DNA of 64,000 nucleotides from Vairimorpha necatrix (Eukaryota): NCBI GenBank assembly GCA_036630325.1, contig CP142728.1, positions 1,240,001 to 1,304,000 of the forward strand, read 5' to 3'. Shown piece by piece: positions 57,587 to 64,000 of this stretch (position 1 is its first letter; each line of letters starts with the position of its first letter). The notes under the pieces were generated by a model. It saw only the letters and a program-made list of their open reading frames with translations, ran no database searches and was not told where the DNA came from. The position numbers and the translations under genes were made by a program.

Positions 57587-58267
57587 GGGGGATGAAAAGA
57601 AAAATAAAAAGTCAATGGAGTTTATACTTGAGGGGTAAATATGACACAAGATGAACAAAGAAATATATTTTAATTGTGTCTGAGACTGGACAAATATAAA
57701 CAATAATGTTTTTAGATTGCGTTAATATGAGTAACTTTGTGACTACATAATATAAAACAATATTTCAAGAGAACATCTATTGACGAATAAAAGATGGAAA
57801 AAAATTTAAAGCGTCAGAAGAAAAATATATAAACAATAGATTGCTAATACCAAAACGCACTACACATCCAATTTTCTTTCATGTTTTTGTTATACTTCAC
57901 GCAAAATTTTAATATAAATAAAAATAGTTATATTCTCTACAGCTCACCTCTATATAAATTAATTTACTTGATTTAATATCACATTGCGAACTTTTACACA
58001 AACATGAAGATGAAAATATTTTTTAAGACATTTACATATTATTTTATATAAGTGTAATCACTTGATTTATAAAAATGTAATTGTGTTTAAAACATTTTGT
58101 TTGTTTGCATATTCACCGTAAACAAACAAACAATAAAAAAATACAAAAAAGCTTTATCTCTCATGTAATTATGTTTTTATCCTAAAAATTATTTTTTTTT
58201 ATATTGTTTATAAGTTTATTTGTTTAAATTAAAAAATATATATAAAAGTTTACAACTCTACCCTTCT

Positions 58268-59053
58268 ATGTTACAATTGTTCTTTTATACATTAAATACA
58301 ATAAGATGTGGTCTCTGTGTTGACAATGTTTATGTACCTGGTTACAATGAAGATTGCAAAAAAAGAGAATTTTGTTACCCAAACATTTGCGACTTACTAA
58401 AATGCGACGTAAGTGAGAACAAAAACCTCTTAAGAACTATTTTCTGTTACTTACCTGCTGCTGATGTACAAATAAATTTGCACAACAAATATAATACATA
58501 CGACAACTGGGATACTTCAGAATGCAAATTTGTAATCGCTTATTTAGAAGAAGCACTCAGAAAACTAAAATGTCCTAAAAAACCTGAAATCGACGAATTA
58601 GCGGCTGAACTTATCTTGAAATATTTTTACAAATGGATTAATTCATCTGTCTGTTGCAAAGCTGACCCATGCGTAGAACTCTGCTGTGACATGGATGTCA
58701 ATTTAGTAAAACCTGCAAGTCAAACAATTAAAGATTTATTGTCTAGAAGAGGAAGTAGAGTGATATTCAGCGTCTTTTTGAAAACACTAGATAAAAAACT
58801 CAATGTTAATGGATCTGTGGTTATTGTATCAGACCAAATACGATTAAGTGAATTGTATCGTCTTTATCTTCATTCTGTAGTTATCTTGTTGTTAGAGAAC
58901 ACTGAATATGATAGAAGATTCTGGGGGGATGATGCAGGCTCACAATTCGAATCTTTCTATGTTTTTATACCACAAAATAATGTTACAAATAAATTGGCTA
59001 ATCCAATTTTACAAGTCGATAATTGGGTAAATCAAGTAGCAGTTCGTGAATAA
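58268..59053 (+). CDS. Cys-rich secreted protein, candidate spore-wall component
   Basis: CCCTTCT-ATG start, hydrophobic N-terminus MLQLFFYTL, and many Cys including CC pairs. The spore-wall role is inference only. Confidence 0.6.
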   Translation: MLQLFFYTLNTIRCGLCVDNVYVPGYNEDCKKREFCYPNICDLLKCDVSENKNLLRTIFCYLPAADVQINLHNKYNTYDNWDTSECKFVIAYLEEALRKLKCPKKPEIDELAAELILKYFYKWINSSVCCKADPCVELCCDMDVNLVKPASQTIKDLLSRRGSRVIFSVFLKTLDKKLNVNGSVVIVSDQIRLSELYRLYLHSVVILLLENTEYDRRFWGDDAGSQFESFYVFIPQNNVTNKLANPILQVDNWVNQVAVRE

Positions 59054-59200
59054 ATGTATAATTTTCTAAAAAAATTTTTATTTTTAAAAAAGTATAAGTA
59101 ATTTTTTTATACATTTTACATGTATTTTTATGGCTTCATAATACAAAACATTTATTTTATATAATCGCGACTCATTAATCTACTTGGTTTATTATTTCAT

Positions 59201-59896
59201 TTACTTTTGTTTTTTATCTTTTTTTTTATTGGTCAACAACGACATCATTCTTTTATACAATTCATTATTAAATCTTTTTTTCTGTGTTTCATTGGAATAA
59301 AAACATATTTCACTCTCAGAATCAATATCTAGAGAAGCTTCACTGATTCTTTTTATATCTTCTTTATTCAAATAATTTCTTCTATCTTTTTTCTTTTTAG
59401 ACTTTTTTTCTTCCTCGGAACTAATCTCGTTTTTATTTTTCTTTTTATATTTTACTTCTTCCTCAGAACTGCTCTCATTTTTGCTTTTATCTTTCTTTTT
59501 AGACTTTATTTCTTCCTCAGAGCTTTCACATTTACTTTTCTTTTTTTTACTTTTTTTTTTAATTTTTTTTTTCGATTTTTGTTTTCCTTCTGTAACTACC
59601 AAATCATCTAAAGTTTTTTCTATATCGCTTATATTAGAACTTGAAATCTCTTCTTTCCAACTATTTAAACTTTCTCTAAGTTTATTTAATTCAACTTTCT
59701 TAGATTTCGACTTCTTTTTTTCTTTCTTTGAACTTTTATCATACGCATTTATTATGTCGATACTCGCGTTTTCCGTGCTATCACTGGACTCTTTTTTATC
59801 TTTAGTTTTGTTCTTGTCGTTTTTTACAATGTCTTTCTTTCTTTTCTTTTTTGGGACACATATTGAAAATATATTAGAAATACAATCAAAGCCCAT
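59201..59896 (-). CDS. Lys/Ser/Glu-rich low-complexity hypothetical protein
   Basis: 231-aa ORF. The MGFDC...C-polybasic N-terminus suggests lipid anchoring; SSEEE-KKK repeats. Confidence 0.7.
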   Translation of the reverse strand: MGFDCISNIFSICVPKKKRKKDIVKNDKNKTKDKKESSDSTENASIDIINAYDKSSKKEKKKSKSKKVELNKLRESLNSWKEEISSSNISDIEKTLDDLVVTEGKQKSKKKIKKKSKKKKSKCESSEEEIKSKKKDKSKNESSSEEEVKYKKKNKNEISSEEEKKSKKKKDRRNYLNKEDIKRISEASLDIDSESEICFYSNETQKKRFNNELYKRMMSLLTNKKKDKKQK

Positions 59897-61129
59897 TTGA
59901 GTATAAGTTTTTATTTTAATAAATTAAGAATTGTTTATAATGTGACCAATTAAAAGTAAGACGTATAGTTTCAAAAGTCATTGGATAAAAAATGATAGTT
60001 TTTAACTGATGATCATAAAATTTGAAAAAATGTTTTAAAAAATTGATAATTAATGTATAGAATTTTTTATGTTTAAAATGAGATCTGATTTATATATAAT
60101 AAAGTTATCAAAACATTTTTATTTGTTTTCTTATGTAAAAAGTATATTGATGTAATCGAATATCGTGCTTAATAGGTCTTTAAATATGTTCTGGATCTTC
60201 GTCATCAAATATCTACATTGATACTCCTTTTATTGACCAAATAAATGTAAAATTTTTCATATTAAATAGCCTTTTGTAAAAAGGAATTATAGATTCAGAA
60301 GTATTGGCTTAATTTGAAGCATTTGATTCAAAAAATATTTTATAGATTTTTTATAAAATATTTATATCAATTTTTTTTCTGAAATGCCTATAACTTACAG
60401 TTTGGATTTCATATCTTAAAAAATCAAAGAAATGTAGTTCTAATTTTTTATTGCTAAATCTGATGGCTATCTTCTAAAATGGACTATTTTTTAATATTTT
60501 TTGATTAAATCAACGATATTTCATTATTTTTAGGCTTCAAATTAAAACAAATTGAATATTATGTTTTTTTTTAGTTTAGAGCGTATGAACAGTCGTATGT
60601 ATGTAAAAATTATGATTATATCAAAATTATTTGATTGTAATTATGAAGATATACACAGAATCTAAGTAATAGAGAATATTTATAAAATGATACTCGGCCA
60701 TGAGGTCTATATTTATTTATTTTAAATATAAATTATATATTGCTTACATCACATTTCACTCTTCAGTATTCTTTAAAAAGAATTCAATTCATTTTGCAAT
60801 TATTTTTTTGTATATACACATATTTTTTACAAGTTAAATGACTTTTTTTTCTTGTGGTGTTTTCTATTATGATTTGGTATTAGAAAAAAAGCTTATTTAT
60901 AAATGTACTACAGTAGGTTAAATTATATATTAAGATTTGTTATCTTGAAATATCATTTACTAGTTAATTATTAACATTTAAAAAATAAAACATTATACAC
61001 TGCGCAAAGATATGTTTCATTTGATTTTGTAAAGAGTCCCAAACTGTTTAAAATAAATGAATGTAAGCTGCGATTTCAAATTAAAGTGTTAGCGTTGTTA
61101 TATACCACATTCAAAATTATAGATGAAAT

Positions 61130-62026
61130 TTATTCTATCAACAATATTTGTTTGAAAATTTCTGCATATGTGTCAATTTTTTTTGTCTGCCGATGTTTAG
61201 ATCTAAACCGGAATTCCCCGGTAAAATCTTCCATATTAACGTGCTCTATTTCTTTGATTTTTCTTAATTCTGCCTTTAAACGACTCCAGAGATTTTTTAT
61301 TTTAATGCTGCTTTGACCTAAAACATTGGTAAGGTTTACACTGTGATCTACGACTTCATGAGGGGATCCAAAGTCATGGACAGCAGAACTATATAAATCA
61401 GAGTCATTAGTTCTTATTGTAGTTCCTTTTACCACGCATTTTCTAAATATCTCTTGTATTACGGCCGCAGTTCTGTTGGGAATGATTTTTAAAAAGTAGT
61501 TGTTTTCTTCGCTCTCTACACCACACACCAACCAAGTTATCCCAAGCGAGTTATGTTCTTTTATAGAGGGATTCGTAATTATATTCCCACTGCGTATTGC
61601 GACCTCATCAACTTGAATTGTTCTACCTACACCTCCTATTTTTTCGAAAGATGTATTAATTTCGTTTTTAACTTTTTCCAAAATCCGGCCTTTAAAACAA
61701 ATATATATGAACTCAGAAATTTCACATGTTGTGCTTACCACTGGGTTGGTCATTTTCATTGCCCAGCAATACAACATTCTAAGTTGTATATGTGTGGGCA
61801 TTCTTGAACTTTGGAGAAAAGTGCCATTTTTGATGCCTTTTCTTTTTTTACAGCCATTTGTACAGTAAAAGCAGATTCCTTCCAAATAATTTTTAGATTT
61901 GACTTTGTCCATAACAAGGCCACAGTCGCACTTTATAGTATGTCTGTAGAAGTTTAAAGCCTCTAAGTATTCTATGGCTGCTACTTCATTGACAAATATT
62001 CTGCTGTAGAGATTTTTAACTTCCAT
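61130..62026 (-). CDS. Merlin/IS1595 (ISXO2-like) transposase-derived protein with intact ORF
   Basis: Zinc ribbon CDCG..C...C, IQVDE, WLVCGVE, IPNRT, GTTIRT, H.VVDHS, NLWSRLK; CCCCCCA-ATG start. Confidence 0.88.
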   Translation of the reverse strand: MEVKNLYSRIFVNEVAAIEYLEALNFYRHTIKCDCGLVMDKVKSKNYLEGICFYCTNGCKKRKGIKNGTFLQSSRMPTHIQLRMLYCWAMKMTNPVVSTTCEISEFIYICFKGRILEKVKNEINTSFEKIGGVGRTIQVDEVAIRSGNIITNPSIKEHNSLGITWLVCGVESEENNYFLKIIPNRTAAVIQEIFRKCVVKGTTIRTNDSDLYSSAVHDFGSPHEVVDHSVNLTNVLGQSSIKIKNLWSRLKAELRKIKEIEHVNMEDFTGEFRFRSKHRQTKKIDTYAEIFKQILLIE

Positions 62027-62354
62027 TGGGGGGAGGAGAAAAAAAACTATATCTTTTTAATAAAATTCAAAAGTGCTCTGTCTTCTATTGTCAGCATTGA
62101 ATTGCATTTACCTCTTCTTCATCACATCTTATAATTTTAAAATAGTCGCCTTGTTTTTTTTTTTCAATTATTGGTTTTTTATGCGTTTCGAAATAGAAAG
62201 AATTTTTTAATTAATGAATAAACATAATATATAAAAGAAATCTTTCACTTTGAAAATAATTACATAAAAAGTAAAGAAGTCATTATATGCAATATTCCTT
62301 AGCAATATTAAGACTGTACATTTAAATAATATTTATAAAATGTATTTAATTAAA

Positions 62355-62915
62355 TTATTTCTTTCTGCCTTTAAGTTGTTGTCCTTCAGTTGTCTTTGGT
62401 TCTTCCTCAGCTGCCTTTTCTTCTTCAGGTTCTTTTCCTTCTTTTTCTTCCTTTTCTTCCTTCTCTTCTTTCTCCTCTTCTTTCTTTTTTGAATCTCCTG
62501 TATAACCTTCTAGCCCTTCCCCGAAATTAACCATCTGCTCGTCGGTCTTAGTGGCATGTTCAAGATGCTGCTCTGCAATTTGGAAAACTGACTCAGGCAA
62601 AGTTTTTAAGGCCGAATTATTTGCATACAAAGCAAGCAAGGACACGGCGCCTAGTCCATCATTACTGGCCTCTTCTGCTACTTGTGTCATTGTTAAAGCT
62701 TTCTGGTTTTTAGGCGCGTAGATTTTATTCTTTACCAATTCTGAATCGGGTTCTGTGGCATCATTCAGCCCCTCGCCATTTACTATTACACTGTCGTCAG
62801 CTACCGCATCCTTGGCAGTCTTTTCCGCCTCAGCTTTTTCCTCTGGAGTTTTTTCTTCCGCTGCGAATATGAAAGGACATATAGAAATAACGAAAATTAA
62901 AATGAGACTATTCAT
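62355..62915 (-). CDS. Acidic secreted hypothetical protein
   Basis: Clear signal peptide MNSLILIFVISICPFIFA; E/K-rich tail. Confidence 0.8.
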   Translation of the reverse strand: MNSLILIFVISICPFIFAAEEKTPEEKAEAEKTAKDAVADDSVIVNGEGLNDATEPDSELVKNKIYAPKNQKALTMTQVAEEASNDGLGAVSLLALYANNSALKTLPESVFQIAEQHLEHATKTDEQMVNFGEGLEGYTGDSKKKEEEKEEKEEKEEKEGKEPEEEKAAEEEPKTTEGQQLKGRKK

Positions 62916-63333
62916 TGTTTTTGAAATATAATTTCTTTTTTATATTTTTCTTTAAAACTTAATGTTTCAAAATGAAACGTTTTAGATTTTTTTGACAAAT
63001 GAAAAAAAATAAATTAAAAAATTAGATATTTTTTTTCATATGTCAAATAAATTTGATTTAAAATTAAATACCTTTTTAATAGTATTAATGAATACCCTGT
63101 TTGAAAATTTGAAACAATTTTAAATTTGTTATCAATAATATTGCTTAGTAAAATAATTATTAAATTATTTTCTTGTCTTATATTTTTTATTATTAAAATT
63201 TATAGTTTTAAGTACTTAAATTTTTATTTATTACAATTTTGTTTGTTTTGTGTTTTAATACAGTTTTGTTTTATATTTTTATTTTGTATCAAAAATTAAT
63301 TTACAAATAATTTTTATTTCTTACAACCCTCAT

Positions 63334-64000
63334 ATGGTTATAAGAGACAAAAGAATTTATTTACAACCGAAAGGAATAAAAAACGCAAGAAACAATTGTT
63401 TTTTTAATTCGAGTATTCAATGCATTTTATCATCAGGAGATTTAATAGAATTTTATAAAAATTCTCAATTTGATGCTTCTAAGCCTGTTTCTAGAGCTTT
63501 TTCTTTGTTTATCGATGAATACGAGAAATCTAACACTTTGTCGCCTGAAAAATTTTTGAATTTTTTAAATAACAAAATAGACATTTTTAATGGGTTACAT
63601 CAAGACGCCCACGAATTTCTTATAAGATTTCTAGATGCTTTACATGAGGAATTACCGAATCAATACAAAATGTGTAAAAATATTAGTGAATTTAAAGATC
63701 ATTGCGCTGAGAATTTTATCGCTAATTTATTTCACAGTTTTTTAAAGCAGACAGTTTTGTGCCCAAATTGTAAAAATAAGTCTGAGACATTTGTTAGTAC
63801 AAATATGATACAAGGAGAAGTCCAAAAAAACACACAAGACATTTTATCAGGCTTTTTTGAGAGTGAAAATGTTGACGGAGGGAAATTATGGAAATGTGAG
63901 AAGTGCAGTTATTCAGATTATGCTGTAAAAAGTTATGAAGTCATAGCTTACCCTAAAATATTAATTTTATTTATAAAAAGGTATAATTCGAGATTTTCTA
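63334..64000 (+). CDS. Ubiquitin-specific protease (peptidase C19), 5' part, runs off the window
   Basis: Not in the ORF track. Translates MVIRDKRIYLQPKGIKNARNNCFFNSSIQCILS (Cys box), then HQDAHEFL, CPNC and CEKC; CCC before the ATG. Confidence 0.9.
   Translation, partial: MVIRDKRIYLQPKGIKNARNNCFFNSSIQCILSSGDLIEFYKNSQFDASKPVSRAFSLFIDEYEKSNTLSPEKFLNFLNNKIDIFNGLHQDAHEFLIRFLDALHEELPNQYKMCKNISEFKDHCAENFIANLFHSFLKQTVLCPNCKNKSETFVSTNMIQGEVQKNTQDILSGFFESENVDGGKLWKCEKCSYSDYAVKSYEVIAYPKILILFIKRYNSRFS

Noticed and set aside
59481..59900. 139-aa Phe/Leu/Ser-rich plus-strand ORF
   Set aside because: Antisense shadow of the Lys/Glu-rich gene.

Overview
AT-rich, intron-free eukaryotic DNA that looks microsporidian (inferred from reduced fungal-type housekeeping genes, a mitosomal Tim17-family gene and CCC/GGG motifs just before many ATGs; Nosema/Vairimorpha-like). 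The window has two compartments. (1) About 1-30.7 kb is gene-poor accessory sequence. It holds six paralogues of an uncharacterised ~315-aa signal-peptide protein family, five of which keep a PLDLS/ALDLS (CtBP-binding-type) motif and four an R-x-x-P-Y (PY-NLS-type) motif. Between them lie two very compact full-length Ty3/Gypsy LTR retrotransposons (3335 bp with 56-bp LTRs; 3697 bp with 110-bp LTRs), a decayed pogo/Tigger transposon and its deletion derivative, a candidate solo LTR, and two diverged copies of a ~780-bp tRNA-headed, A-tailed SINE-like element. (2) About 30.7-64 kb is dense core sequence: RPP2, PNKP-like phosphatase, acid phosphatase, RPT4, OB-fold protein, Gti1/Pac2 factor, Tim17-family, TFIIE-alpha, Nup53-like, cyclin, DSK2, DPH7, NAR1, RING E3, separase, NBP35, DUF167, RAD4, secreted proteins, an intact but apparently catalytically dead Merlin transposase and a truncated USP. 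The best candidate for a new system is the secreted family that may mimic host CtBP-binding and nuclear-import motifs. All calls come from motif recognition by eye; no database search was run.
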